Shown: positions 40,812 to 53,506 of the stretch, piece by piece
How positions within the stretch are numbered: the first letter of the stretch is position 1
Layout: every line of letters starts with the position of its first letter
Origin: Pecten maximus
Taxonomy: Eukaryota
Direction: 5' to 3'
Assembly: GCF_902652985.1 (NCBI RefSeq)
Contig: NC_047015.1
Span: 44,640,001 to 44,704,000 of the forward strand
DNA length: 64,000 bases
Made by a program: the position numbers and the translations under genes
Notes under the pieces: generated by a model
What the model was told of the DNA's origin: nothing
Seen by the model: only the letters and a program-made list of their open reading frames with translations
The model's database searches: none

Positions 40812-42204
40812 GCTAGTTTGTATTGTACTAGTACTTGTTTTGACTAGGCTGTGACCTAGTTTGTATTGTCCTAGCACTAGTTTTATTTAGGCTATGACCT
40901 AGTTTGTATTGGAATATTATTTGTTTTGACTAGGCTATGACCTAGTTTGTATTGTAATAGTACTAGTTTTGACTAGGCTGTGACCTAGTTTGTATTGTAA
41001 TAGTACTAGTTTTGACTAGGCTATGACCTTGTTTGTTTTGCAATAGTACTAGTTTTGACTAGGCTATGACCTTGTTTGTATTGTAATAGTACTAGTTTTG
41101 ACTAGGCTATGACCTAGTTTGTATTGTAATAGTACTAGTTTTGACTAGGCTATGACCTTGTTTGTATTGCAATAGTACTAGTTTTGACTAGGCTGTGACC
41201 TAGTTTGTATTGCAATAGTACTAGTTTTGACTAGGCTCTGACCTTGTTTGTATTGCAATAGTACTAGTTTTGACTAGGCTATGACCTTGTTTGTATTGCA
41301 ATAGTACTAGTTTTGACTAGGCTATGACCTAGTTTGTATTGTAATAGTACTAGTTTTGACTAGGCTATGACCTTGTTTGTATTGCAATAGTACTAGTTTT
41401 GACTAGGCTATGGCCTAGTTTGTATTGTAATAGTACTAGTTTTGACTAGGCTATGACCTAGTTTGTATTGTAATAGTACTAGTTTTGACTAGGCTGTGAC
41501 CTAGTTTGTATTGCAATAGTACTAGTTTTGACTAGGCTATGACCTTGTTTGTATTGCAATAGTACTAGTTTTGACTAGGCTGTGACCTAGTTTGTATTGT
41601 AATAGTACTAGTTTTGACTAGGCTTTGACCTTGTTTGTATTGCAATAGTACTAGTTTTGACTAGGCTGTGACCTAGTTTGTATTGTAATAGTACTAGTTT
41701 TGACTAGGCTATGACCTAGTTTGTATTGTAATAGTACTAGTTTTGACTAGGCTATGACCTAGTTTGTATTGTAATAGTACTAGTTTTGACTAGGCTATGA
41801 CCTAGTTTGTATTGTAATAGTACTAGTTTTGACTAGGCTATGACCTAGTTTGTATTGCAATAGTACTAGTTTTGACTAGGCTATGACCTAGTTTGTATTG
41901 CAATAGTACTAGTTTTGACTAGGCTATGACCTAGTTTGTATTGCAATAGTACTAGTTTTGACTAGGCTATGACCTAGTTTGTATTGCAATAGTACTAGTT
42001 TTGACTAGGCTATGACCTAGTTTGTATTGCAATAGTACTAGTTTTGACTAGGCTATGACCTAGTTTGTATTGTAATAGTACTAGTTTTGACTAGGCTGTG
42101 ACCTTGTTTGTATTGTAATAGTACTAGTTTTGACTAGGCTGTGACCTTGTTTGTATTGTAATAGTACTAGTTTTGACTAGGCTGTGACCTAGTTTGTATT
42201 GTAA
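40812..42204. repeat. 43-bp minisatellite (CTAGTTTGTATTGTAATAGTACTAGTTTTGACTAGGCTATGAC)
   Basis: Period 43; begins ~45 nt downstream of the cGLR-A stop codon. Confidence 0.97.
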
Positions 42205-42248
42205 GGTGACCCCGTCCTCACCACTGCTGTGTTGGTACTGTTTGGTAA

Positions 42249-44201
42249 TCAATCATCTGCCAACAAAAAAGATCTAATGTCTTGGACAAGTTTTTCTACC
42301 GCGCGTGTTCTGTTCTCCGTACCAGTCTCTTTATTCAGTAACACATCCGCCAACCCGGATAAAACATTTTCCTCCGTTGCTGTGCCTTGTTCTGCTGTGC
42401 TGGTTTTGTTTTCTTTCTCAATGCTTGCCCGTTCGTCTAATATAATTGACTTCGCTATCTGTAACACTAAATTTGGGAAATTTTGTCTTGCAGCTGATCG
42501 CTCGTTGTTTTCAGAATGAGATCGTCCGATACCTTCAAATACGTCAAGTGTTGCGTCCACGTAAGATCGCTTTTTCTCGTCCTCTATCTTCTTCTTCATT
42601 TCCATCATCTTATCCAGAGGCACGTCTATCACCTTCACTCCTTTTTCATTAACTTTGACAAGGAATACCTGAAGATTCCATACTGGTTTCATGTAGACCT
42701 CCTCTAATTTCTTGACGATTTCTACACAAACATCCCTCTCCAATCCCGCGAAGAGGTTGCTCGGGAAGAAGTAGTGAAGTAACCTACCCTCGTGTAGTCG
42801 ATCTCTCATGTAGTCCAGGAGGTTCCTCAGTACATCCAGTATGTCGTCACTTTTCTCTGAGTAGGTAGACGGGTCAGTGGATTCCAGCATCCAGTATAAA
42901 GCGGTTTTCCAGTGAAAGGTTGTCAGAACTTGTGAGTATTCCTCTAGTATGCTTCTCTGGAAAGCTTTGATCATCAACAAGCATTTCATGTGACCTGGAG
43001 GCATTTCTTTGGCCAGCATAATTTCCGCCAGATTGCATGAAAGGCAGAAATCAAGCTCAGGGTGTTCGTCTTTAATAGCCGGTTTCGCTACGACTAAAAA
43101 CTGACTTTTAGTGATGGCATCTACCGTTTGTCTCTTTGGCCAATATCGTGTTCGACGAATCCAGTCATTTATATATTTCGGTGGTCCAGATAAACGGAGG
43201 GCAGGAATGAAATCCTTCATTGACCTGGCAGTGTATGTCGCTCGAACAGGCTTAGCTGGTAGCTGTCGGACAGGTAAACAATTTGAATTTCCACGGATGA
43301 CATATTTTACCTCTGTAGTTTTTTCATATCGTTTATCCTGGTCTTCTGGGCTGTTGCCCCTGACATCAGCATCATCGGCATTAGATACATTGGTAAGAAG
43401 TTTGTCATCTTCCCTCTTTTTTCCCACAGATCCAAAATTTTGGTTACCAGCGAGGGCATCAAGCAAAGGCCCAAATGTCCGATGGAAAAAGCTGTCTGAG
43501 TTTACCAGGGTTTTGTGATATTGCAGTGATTTCGCGATAGTCTCCATTATGTGAACCACCCCGTTGCTGCTGTCTTGAAATACCTCAGACCGCTTAACCC
43601 GTTCAGTATACTTCTTTCGCAATCCACTGTCGGGTACAGACCTCGGATTGGTCTTTGGGATGAGGATATCACTTTGCCAGTCTATGAAGTCGGTCGTATT
43701 GGCACCAGGTTTGATGTCTGTGTCCATCGTTACTCGCGATACACCACCCTCTTTAAATGCCTGTGGCCTGTAAAATAAGTCAAATATTCCTTTCAAACGA
43801 CCGAAGAAGACCGGATTGAGCTTTTTCACCATTGTTGCTGGGAGAAACTCGCCATCAATCAAGTCTTTTCTATCTATTTGCTTTATGAATGAGCCATTTA
43901 TATGAACAAAACATGGCAAATCCTTCCTGTATTTCAGAGATTCCACAGGTACGGTGAGATCCCCCATCAACAGAAAGTCCCAGTCGCCTTGTTCCTGTTT
44001 GGTGCGGAGTCGTGTCCCTTCCTTCGTGCTTCCTACCACCATACAGTGTTCCTGTCCATAGTCTGACATTGCCATATTGATATACCGGCAATAATTTTCT
44101 AATCTCTGGTCTTGTTGTGTAGGTCGAGCCATCACTACCAATTCGTCCAGTATCTTTGGCAGTGTCATATCCTGTAAGTCTGGAGGGATTCCGTGATTCA
44201 T
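42249..44201 (-). CDS. cGAS-like receptor / Mab-21 nucleotidyltransferase, paralog A (650 aa)
   Basis: VVGS-TKEG...GDWDFL, third acidic residue in KDFIPAL, Mab-21 C-terminal motifs LSCNLAE, KCLLMIK, TFHWKTALYW, LHYFFPSNL; acceptor tttcag at 44207 makes ATG 44201 the likely start. Confidence 0.88.
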   Translation of the reverse strand: MNHGIPPDLQDMTLPKILDELVVMARPTQQDQRLENYCRYINMAMSDYGQEHCMVVGSTKEGTRLRTKQEQGDWDFLLMGDLTVPVESLKYRKDLPCFVHINGSFIKQIDRKDLIDGEFLPATMVKKLNPVFFGRLKGIFDLFYRPQAFKEGGVSRVTMDTDIKPGANTTDFIDWQSDILIPKTNPRSVPDSGLRKKYTERVKRSEVFQDSSNGVVHIMETIAKSLQYHKTLVNSDSFFHRTFGPLLDALAGNQNFGSVGKKREDDKLLTNVSNADDADVRGNSPEDQDKRYEKTTEVKYVIRGNSNCLPVRQLPAKPVRATYTARSMKDFIPALRLSGPPKYINDWIRRTRYWPKRQTVDAITKSQFLVVAKPAIKDEHPELDFCLSCNLAEIMLAKEMPPGHMKCLLMIKAFQRSILEEYSQVLTTFHWKTALYWMLESTDPSTYSEKSDDILDVLRNLLDYMRDRLHEGRLLHYFFPSNLFAGLERDVCVEIVKKLEEVYMKPVWNLQVFLVKVNEKGVKVIDVPLDKMMEMKKKIEDEKKRSYVDATLDVFEGIGRSHSENNERSAARQNFPNLVLQIAKSIILDERASIEKENKTSTAEQGTATEENVLSGLADVLLNKETGTENRTRAVEKLVQDIRSFLLADD

Positions 44202-44427
44202 GTCTACTGAAATAAAAATAGCACAGAAATATTTAGGCACATTTTACATATGTGATACATCAGTTGAAATAGAAAGGTCGTAAGTGGCAAAGTGTTTTAA
44301 AGTTTATGTAAGTTTAAATAAAATTTGATATGATATTATTTTCAATTGCAATGTCCACCTTAGATTCTTCTTGATTTTCGAAAGTGTAAAATATAGATTT
44401 AATAGCTACACCCCCCCCCCCCCCCTA

Positions 44428-44462
<35 letters not shown>

Positions 44463-45296
44463 CACACACACACCCATCCCCTCAACACCGCCCTTATCAT
44501 ACCCTACGTGGCGATATTGCCTGTTCTGTAAGAACATGAATGTGGAATTGAGCATGCGCATTTTGTGAATGTTTGTTAGTCATTGTTTATGTACTTATCA
44601 CTATTTAAAGTTTTAATTTGATATGTGTCCTATATATATTGTTATCTGTCTGTCATCACGCGATGATGTCCTTGTCACTTATAAAGACTATTTTACACGT
44701 GAGAATCACAGATTTACTTCATCATTGTGTATAGATAAGTTTATAAATCTGATAGACACTGGGATTCATGAAGTTCATAATTACTTCCTGGTTTATGTTA
44801 AAAATGTTTTGGTGACCTTCTTTTAATTTATTATTTCTTTTGATTTAAACATAATGTAAGGCTGAATTAAACAATCGCTTTTTGATTCACAAATTATAAC
44901 ATATTACTGACTACAATTTACTAATAATTAGCAATTACAGATACTTACATGTCGTTTTTTCCCCTAGGGTCCACCTAAAGTCTGCCTACAACTGCTCGCC
45001 CTGTTTCGTTCTTATATGTGTTGAAGTGTTTTTCCGTGTGGTATTTCCATCTCGACCTCGTGCTTACGTATCCGTGATACATAGAATGTGTAAGATAGAG
45101 AGGATGTTCATCGAGTGGTGGTTATGATTCATATTTCCCCATGTATAATTTCTTACGATTACTTTTGATTCTATCGGTCAATAAACGTGTGATCTAATAA
45201 ACGGACAAACGACAGAATATATTCTAAACATCACGAAATCATCCAAAAAGTCGACGAATTGAAGAGAATCGATATATAAAATAAAGTGAAAGCCAC

Positions 45297-45567
45297 GTCG
45301 ATGAGACGTGTTGCTATGTCTGATGGTTCCGTCGATGAAATTAGACGTGTTGTTATTTCTGATGGTTCCGTCGATGAAATTAGACGTGTTGCTATGTCTG
45401 ATGGTTCCGTCGATGAAATTAGACGTGTTGCTATGTCTGATGGTTCCGTCGATGAAATAAGACGTGTTGCTATGTCTGATGGTTCAGTCGATAGAATTAG
45501 ACGCGTTGCTATGTCTGATGGTTCAGTCGATAGAATTAGACGTGTTGCTATGTCTGTGGTTCCGTCG
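45297..45567. repeat. 39-bp tandem repeat, ~7 copies
   Basis: GTCGATGAAATTAGACGTGTTGCTATGTCTGATGGTTCC. Confidence 0.95.
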
Positions 45568-45622
45568 TTCTGGTCCTAAATGACCCTAGTTGTCGATGGG
45601 CCGTAAAACATAAACCACCAAA
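45568..45622 (+). mobile_element. 55-bp 5'-truncated SINE tail with 11-bp TSD
   Basis: TGGTTCCGTCG on both sides (45557-45567, 45623-45633); tail AAATGACCCTAGTTGTCGATGGGCCGTAAAAC. Confidence 0.7.
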
Positions 45623-45740
45623 TGGTTCCGTCGGTACCAAATTGGTTAACTTCTGAGTTTGATGATGTGACATTACCTAGATTTACATGACGGATGCCAT
45701 CAATAACACAGGACGCTCACCCTTCCGGAACTGTATAACG

Positions 45741-48700
45741 TGTCTCCATGTAAATCTGTACTTTATCAAGTGTCTCCATGTAAATCTGTACTTTATCAGG
45801 GGTCTCCATGTAAATATTTACTTTATCAGGGGTATCCATGTAAATCTTTACTTTATCAAGTGTTTCCATGTAAATCTGTACTTCATCAAGCGTCTCCATG
45901 TAAACATTTAATTTATGAAGTGTCTCCATGTAAACATTTACTTTATTAACTGTCTCCATGTAAATCTTTACTTTATCAAGTGTCTCCATGTAAACATTTA
46001 CTTTTCAACTGTCTCCATGTAAATCTTTACTTTATCAAGGGTATCCATGTAAACATTTACTTTTTCAACTGTCTCCATGTAAACATTTACTTTTTCAACT
46101 GTCTCCATGTAAACAGTTACTTTATCAACTGTCTCCATGTAAACATTTACTTTTTCAACTGTCTCCATGTAAATCTTTACTTTATCAACTGTCTCCATGT
46201 AAACAGTTACTTTATCAACTGTCTCCATGTAAACATTTACTTTATCAACTGTCTCCATGTAAATCTTTACTTTATCAACTGTCTCCATGTAAATCTTTAC
46301 TTTATCAACTGTCTCCATGTAAACATTTACTTTTTCAACTGTCTCCATGTAAATCTTTACTTTATCAAGGGTATCCATGTAAACATTTACTTTTTCAACT
46401 GTCTCCATGTAAACATTTACTTTATCAACTGTCTCCATGTAAACATTTACTTTATCAAGGATCTCCATGTAAACATTTACTTTATCAACTGTCTCCATGT
46501 AAACATTTACTTTATCAACTGTCTCCATGTAAACATTTACTTTATCAAGGGTCTCCATGTAAACATTTACTTTATCAAGGGTCTCCATGTAAACATTTAC
46601 TTTGTCAACTGTCTCCATGTAAATCTTTACTTTATCAACTGTCTCCATGTAAACATTTACTTTATCAACTGTCTCCATGTAAACATTTACTTTATCAACT
46701 GTCTCCTTGTAAATCTTTTCTTTATCAAGTGTCTCCATGTAAATCTGTACTTTATCAACTGTCTCCATGTAAACATTTACTTTATCAAGGGTCACCGTTG
46801 TAAACATTTACTTTATCAAGGGTCTCCATGTAAATCTTTACTTTATCAAGGGTATCCATGTAAACATTTACTTTATCAACTGTCTCAATGTAAATCTTTA
46901 CTTTATCAAGTGTCTCCATGTAAACATTTACTTTATCAAGTGTCTCCATGTTAACATTACTTATCAACTGTCTCCATGTAAACATTTACTTTATCAACTG
47001 TCTCAATGTAAATCTTTACTTTATCAAGTGTCTCCATGTAAACATTTACTTTATCAAGTGTCTCCATGTAAACATTACTTATCAACTGTCTCCATGTAAA
47101 CATTTACTTTATCAACTGTCTCCATGTAAACATTTACTTTATCAACTGTCTCCATGTAAACATTAACTTTATCAAGGGTCTACATGTAAACATTTACTTT
47201 ATCAACTGTCTCCATGTAAATATTTACTTTATCAACTGTCTCAATGTAAATCTTTACTTTATCAAGTGTCTCCATGTAAACATTTACTTTATCAAGTGTC
47301 TCCATGTAAACATTACTTATCAACTGTCTCCATGTAAACATTTACTTTATCAACTGTCTCCATGTAAACATTTACTTTATCAACTGTCTCCATGTAAACA
47401 TTAACTTTATCAAGGGTCTACATGTAAACATTTACTTTATCAACTGTCTCCATGTAAATATTTACTTTATCAAGGGTCTGCATTTAAAGCTTTACTTTAT
47501 CAAGGGTCTCCATGTAAACATTTACTTTATAAACTGTCTCCATGTAAATATTTACTTTGTCAAGGGTATCCATGTAAACATTTACTTTATCAACTGTCTC
47601 CATGTAAACATTTACTTTATCAACTGTCTCAATGTAAATCTTTACTTTATCAAGTGTCTCCATGTAAAAATTTACTTTATCAAGTGTCTCCATGTAATTT
47701 TTTACTTTATCAAGGGTCTCCATGTAAACATTTACTTTATCAAGTGTTTCCATGTAAACATTTACTTTATCAAGTGTCTCCATGTAAACATTACTTATCA
47801 ACTGTCTCCATGTAAACATTTACTTTATCAACTGTCTCCATGTAACATTTACTTTATCAACTGTCTCCATGTAAACATTTACTTTATCAAGGGTCTCCAT
47901 GTAAACATTTACTTTATCAACTGTCTCCATGTAAATATTTACTTTATCAAGGGTCTGCATTTAAAGCTTTACTTTATCAAGGGTATCCATGTAAACATTT
48001 ACTTTATCAAGGGTATCCATGTAAACATTTACTTTATCAACTCTCTCCATGTAAACATTTACTTTATCAACTGTCTCCATGTAAACATTTACTTTATAAA
48101 CTGTCTCCATGTAAATATTTACTTTATCAAGGGTATCCATGTAAACATTTACTTTATCAACTGTCTCCATGTAAATCTTTACTTTATCAACTGTCTCCAT
48201 GTAAATCTTTACTTTATCAACTGTCTCCATGTAAACATTTACTTTATCAAGGGTATCCATGTAAACATTTACCTTTTCAACTGTCTTCATGTAAACGTTT
48301 ACTTTATCAACTGTCTCCATGTAAATCTTTACTTTATCAAGTGTTTCCATGTAAACATTTACTTTATCAAGTGTCTCCATGTAAACATTACTTATCAACT
48401 GTCTCCATGTAAACATTTACTTTATCAACTGTCTCCATGTAACATTTACTTTATCAACTGTCTCCATGTAAACATTTACTTTATCAAGGGTCTCCATGTA
48501 AATATTTCCTTTATCAAGTGTCTCCATGTAAACATTTACTTTATCAACTGTCTCCATGTAAATATTTACTTTATCAACTCTCCATGTAAACATTTACTTT
48601 ATCAACTGTCTCCATGTAAATCTTTACTTTATCAACTGTTTCCATGTAAACAGTTACTTTATCAAGGATCTCCATGTAACATTTACTTGATCAAGGGTCT

Positions 48701-48885
48701 CCATGTAAACATTTTCTTTATCAAGGGTCTCCATGTAAATTTTTACTTTATCAAGAGTATCCATGTAAACATTTACTTTATCAAGTGTCGCCATGTAAAC
48801 ATTTACTTTATCAAGGGTATCCATGTAAACAGTTACTTTATCAACTGTCTCCATGTAAACATTTACTTTATCAACTATCTCAATG
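45741..48885. repeat. 30-bp minisatellite (GTCTCCATGTAAACATTTACTTTATCAACT), ~105 copies
   Basis: 10-aa periodic pseudo-ORFs on both strands. Confidence 0.97.
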
Positions 48886-50408
48886 TTTTTTGTTGTAGTT
48901 GGGGTTTTTTTCGTTGTCGATATCATTCTCTGTCAGATTTGTTTTTCGTCTGAAATATAAACTAACGTCAAGTTATATCATGATACATCTAAATCTAAAT
49001 AAAACCAAAGTATGAAGATAACATCCACTTGATAATCAACATGGTTTACATCTGGCCATGTATATAAACTTAAATCCACAAAGGACATTGCCTTCATTTT
49101 GTTATACCCGGGTAACAGATCTTGTCAGATTTGGTCACGTTAAAGTCAATGTTTTTTTTTATAATGAACTGATGTTTCTTTTTTTAGAAACACCGGGTCA
49201 ATATTCCGTTTATGGCGTCATAATCATCGTGACATTGTATCAAGATGATTATAAATCAATTCCACAATTTTGCCAAGTTTCATTACGAGGTTAATATGGT
49301 GTTATACCGAACTGGAAGAATCAGATATCAACTGAGGGCGAAGGTTCATAATAAATAATTATTAGATATAGTCCTATTTTCCTCAATTCTCATTGGCTAA
49401 GACATGGTCACGTAGAGGTAAGAGTTTTGAGATATTGACCTGATGTTTCCAATTTCAGAAACGCCGAGTCGATATTACATTTATGACATCATAATCATTG
49501 TGTCGTCACAATGACCCCATGTCATTTTCCTGTTGTCAAGATAAATATTATGCAATACCACCTCTGATTCGGTTATTATGGTGTTGTACCGACCTATAAA
49601 AGTGAGAGCCTTCATTTAAAATATCATAGATATGTTTATGTAATAAATAGAATCTTACACTCGCCAAATTCGTCAAAATGATCATGACACATCAAAATAT
49701 TGAACTCGTTTAATAAATTCTATATGACATAGCCATTTATGTAAGATCCCTATGTATAACTCCTAATGACACAGGTCATTGAGAAAGTGATTACTGCTCT
49801 TTGAGTAGTTATATAAAGTATGTGTACTTAATGTCCTATCAACTACACTGGGGATTTACAAATATATTAACATCGAGGTAAGTGTACGTTATGCCCATGT
49901 CAACTAATTTGATATTTAATAGCTAAATTCATTAAAAAAATAATTATACATGAACCATTTGGATATCATAACATTACGACAAACTCTTGTGTCCCTTTAA
50001 TTAAGTATCACGTACCTATTTAATACTTGTATATATCTAAGGCTATAACAGACAGGAATCCAATCTCTTTGTATAGCTATATAAAATTTGTTGAGTAAAG
50101 TACAGCATATAAATTACTATTTTGAGATAGAAAACGTTCCCGCTTAAGAGGGAAACCCCCTGTATTTCTAACCCGATGTATCAACGATACATTCTCTGTG
50201 CATTACTTTGATTCCGCCTAGGTTGGGCAGAGTTATTTACCCTTGACCGGAAGACTGTCTAGTCATTTCGAGGACGGAACGTTGACCAATTGTTTCGGTC
50301 ATTATTTCATTTACATAGTCAAAACGCCTCAGCAAAGCTCAACAGAAAACTGTTTATTATTATATAAAGCAATCTTACGTAATGTAAAATAAGTGAATAT
50401 TTTATCAT

Positions 50409-50473
50409 GCACCGGGGTACAACGGAGCGGTCACTCTAAGTAATGACCACGCTCGACGTTGCTTAACTTCGGT
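50409..50473 (-). pseudogene. 5S rRNA-derived fragment
   Basis: Minus strand reads ACCGAAGTTAAGCAACGTCGAGCGTGGTCATTACTT..GTGACCGC..TACCCCGGTGC, matching the internal control region of invertebrate 5S rRNA; truncated and diverged. Confidence 0.7.
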
Positions 50474-51427
50474 ACAAAGACACGACACTCAATCGCACAG
50501 TCACAAAAGCTAAAGGGACAATGCAGCTGAAATGCTCATAAATAAATCCAGTCATATTTCTTCATATCTGATAAATGTCTTGAGTATTGAAATTAGCAAA
50601 AAGACGTCGACGTTTCGATATAAAATATATTAGTTGTTTCTTGTGAGTTGTTCCTTATTTACACTAGTGGCCACAAGGAACACGACTGATGTCACGCCTC
50701 CTACAAATGCAATGGAATGTGCTAATGAAGATCAACCGAAGTTAGTCACTTTGTCATTGTGATTTGGACCCTTCGACATTCTTGTCTCTCGTCGGTTATG
50801 TATAATATAACCGAGATCACTGCGCCATCTGCCTGATGGGTGGAACAAGTAACCAACCAGGAAAATACGGGACATATTGAAATCTGTTAATGTGTTAATA
50901 GATTAATCCAGAATGTCCAACAAATGTTCCACTGTAATAACGATTTGTGGTGGTTCTTGTCCATTATCAGTTATATATTGTTACCTCAATGCCTGCGTCA
51001 CGTGACTGGCGGACGGAATACGAAGCAAATGTATAAATATCTTAACGTGTGAATAGATAGAGTCATGATGTAAAGCAAATGTTCATCTGTGGTGGATTAT
51101 GCTAGTATAAATAACTTTTTAGATATATTTCTTCATGGAAACATATTCACAAACCGCGACAGTATCCATGACCTATTGGCTGTGGATTTTGTAGTCAACA
51201 CCTTATAATCAAATTATGTTGGTCCTCTGTCTTTCTGTGTCTTTTTACACATCAATTGATTACTCAAATTAGAAGGTCAGTATATCATTAGATTATTCAA
51301 CCAAAGCCAATTGTATTCCTAAAACACAAACTATTAAACTATAATAGAGCAATAAGAAATTGTCTATGCAACGTATTGATAAATATAAAATCCCTTATCT
51401 ATAAAATGTAGTGAACAACTGAAATTT

Positions 51428-53506
51428 TCATTTCTTTCCCGCGAAGAAGAAGGCCAGTGCCTTTTTTTCTGCTTCCTTCTCTGCCTCTCTCCTTGTCTTT
51501 TTATCAGCTCCCAATTTAGAGACGAGATCTTTAACACTATCCATAAGGCTATCTTTGGATACGCTTGGTGTAACTGCTTTCCTTGGGTCTTTTGCCTCTT
51601 CTTCTTTCCTTCGGTTTTCCTCATCTGTAGCAGCAGTCTCCGCAATCTGGAAGAGAAGGTTTTGTACCGGTACTTTTGGCTGTTGAGCGGAATCAGGATA
51701 TGGTGGTTTTGCAAATCCTTCAAGGGCGTTCGCAAATGCATCTACCGTCAACTCATCCCTTTTGTGAACTACGTCGTTCTTTACTTTCGTTAGCGTTTCC
51801 GCCGGAATTTTCACCACGCGTCGATTATGGACGCGTTCCTTTTCAAGACAAAAAAAGGACCGTAAATAAAACTCTGGATCCAAGTGGATTTCATCTATTT
51901 TCTTGACGATTTCTACGCAAACATCCCTCTCCAATCCCGCGAAGAGGTTGCTCGGGAAGAAGTAGTGAAGCAACCTACCCTCGTGTAGTCGATCTCTCAT
52001 GTAGTCCAGGAGGTTCCTTAGTACGTCCAGTATGTCGTCACTTTTCTCTGAGTAGGTAGACGGGTCAGTGGATTCTAGCATCCAGTATAAAGCAGTTTTC
52101 CAGTGGAAGGTTGTCAGGACTTTTGAGTATTCCTCTAGTATGCTTCTCTGGAAAGCTTTGACCATCAACAAACATTTCATGTGACCTGGAGGCATTTCTT
52201 TCGTCAGCATGATTTCAGCCATATTACAAGACAGACTGAAATCTATCTCCGCCTTTTCATCTTTAACAGCAGGTTTAGCAACTACGAAAAATTGGCTTCT
52301 TGAAATAACTTCTACCACCTGGGAACGTGGCCAATGTTCTTGAAGGGCACGCTGCTTCCAATCTTCTATAAATTTCGGAGGTCCAGAAAGCCTTGCTGCT
52401 GGGATGAAGTCTTTCTCTGACTTGCTGCTATACGTCGCGTAAACTTCTTGGTGTTTTGCCTCTTCAGTCGTAGTCTCCATAAGTTCTTCTTTATTGATCT
52501 GTATACTACTAGTGTTGTCACCGGCTATTACCGATTCCCTATCTGTTTGTTTGGTAGAAACATCCATGTGTTCAGTGTCTGAATGACAAATGTTCTTAAT
52601 TTCTCCTTCGGCCATACTTTCTTTTTTGTCGATCGGTTGGATCTTTGCTTTCTTGCTCGTATCGGAATCGGGAAAATTGTTCACAGTCTCTTCTTGTTTG
52701 TCGCCTGAATATTCATCCGTTGGTCTTTTGTTTGACGTTCCACTCATTCTACCAGCCAGTGCGCTCAACATTGGGCCTAATTGCTGATATATCAAGCTAG
52801 ATGACGTGTCGTTAGATCTCCTATTTTGGACAAAGTCAACAACAGCTGCAAATGATGGCAAGATGTTGTTGGGATCTTCTGTCAGAGCTTTCGATCCTTT
52901 TCTACGCTCATCAAACTGTTGTCGTAAAGCGCGTTCACTCGCAGTTCTGACGTTTTGTTTTACGTTAAGATCTTTGCAATCCCAGTCGGCAAAGTTAGTC
53001 AAATTGTAGCCTAGTCTCATGTCGGTGCTGATTGCCAGATGTGGTGTATGTCGACCATGGGACGTGGAAGACCTACTCACGATGTCGAGTATACCTTTCA
53101 AGCGAGGAAATGCCAAAGTGCTGACATCCCTTAGCAACCAAGTTGGTAAGTATACGCCATCTATCAGCTGATCACAAAAATCCTGGCCCATGAAGGACCC
53201 TTTGATGTGAACAAAGCAAGGCAGGTCTTCTCTATACTCTAAACAGTCGACAGGGACTGTGAAATTACAGAGAAGAATATAATCGTAATCTCCTTCGTCC
53301 TGTTTTGAGCGTAGGCGTGTTCCCTCTTTGGTGCTCCCGACCACCATACAATATTCTTTGCCATACGCCGAAACGAAAGTGTTGATGTATCCACAGTACT
53401 GGTCTTGACGCTTATCGTTCGGTACCGGAAGTGTCATTGCCAGTAAATTGTCTAACAAACCCGCTAAAGGCATAGTCCCAATGTCATCTTCACCACCTTC
53501 CGCCAT
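51428..53506 (-). CDS. cGAS-like receptor / Mab-21 nucleotidyltransferase, paralog B (692 aa)
   Basis: VVGSTKEG...GDYDYI, KDFIPAA, HWP, same Mab-21 C-terminal motifs; acceptor ttttcag at 53513. Confidence 0.9.
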   Translation of the reverse strand: MAEGGEDDIGTMPLAGLLDNLLAMTLPVPNDKRQDQYCGYINTFVSAYGKEYCMVVGSTKEGTRLRSKQDEGDYDYILLCNFTVPVDCLEYREDLPCFVHIKGSFMGQDFCDQLIDGVYLPTWLLRDVSTLAFPRLKGILDIVSRSSTSHGRHTPHLAISTDMRLGYNLTNFADWDCKDLNVKQNVRTASERALRQQFDERRKGSKALTEDPNNILPSFAAVVDFVQNRRSNDTSSSLIYQQLGPMLSALAGRMSGTSNKRPTDEYSGDKQEETVNNFPDSDTSKKAKIQPIDKKESMAEGEIKNICHSDTEHMDVSTKQTDRESVIAGDNTSSIQINKEELMETTTEEAKHQEVYATYSSKSEKDFIPAARLSGPPKFIEDWKQRALQEHWPRSQVVEVISRSQFFVVAKPAVKDEKAEIDFSLSCNMAEIMLTKEMPPGHMKCLLMVKAFQRSILEEYSKVLTTFHWKTALYWMLESTDPSTYSEKSDDILDVLRNLLDYMRDRLHEGRLLHYFFPSNLFAGLERDVCVEIVKKIDEIHLDPEFYLRSFFCLEKERVHNRRVVKIPAETLTKVKNDVVHKRDELTVDAFANALEGFAKPPYPDSAQQPKVPVQNLLFQIAETAATDEENRRKEEEAKDPRKAVTPSVSKDSLMDSVKDLVSKLGADKKTRREAEKEAEKKALAFFFAGKK

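Noticed and set aside
44202-44240. N-terminal extension MPKYFCAIFISVD of the 663-aa ORF
   Set aside because: Non-ATG start lying within the intron acceptor region; ATG 44201 follows the AG
45286-48953. Long repetitive ORFs on both strands (e.g. 324 aa, 269 aa)
   Set aside because: Artefacts of 39-bp and 30-bp minisatellites
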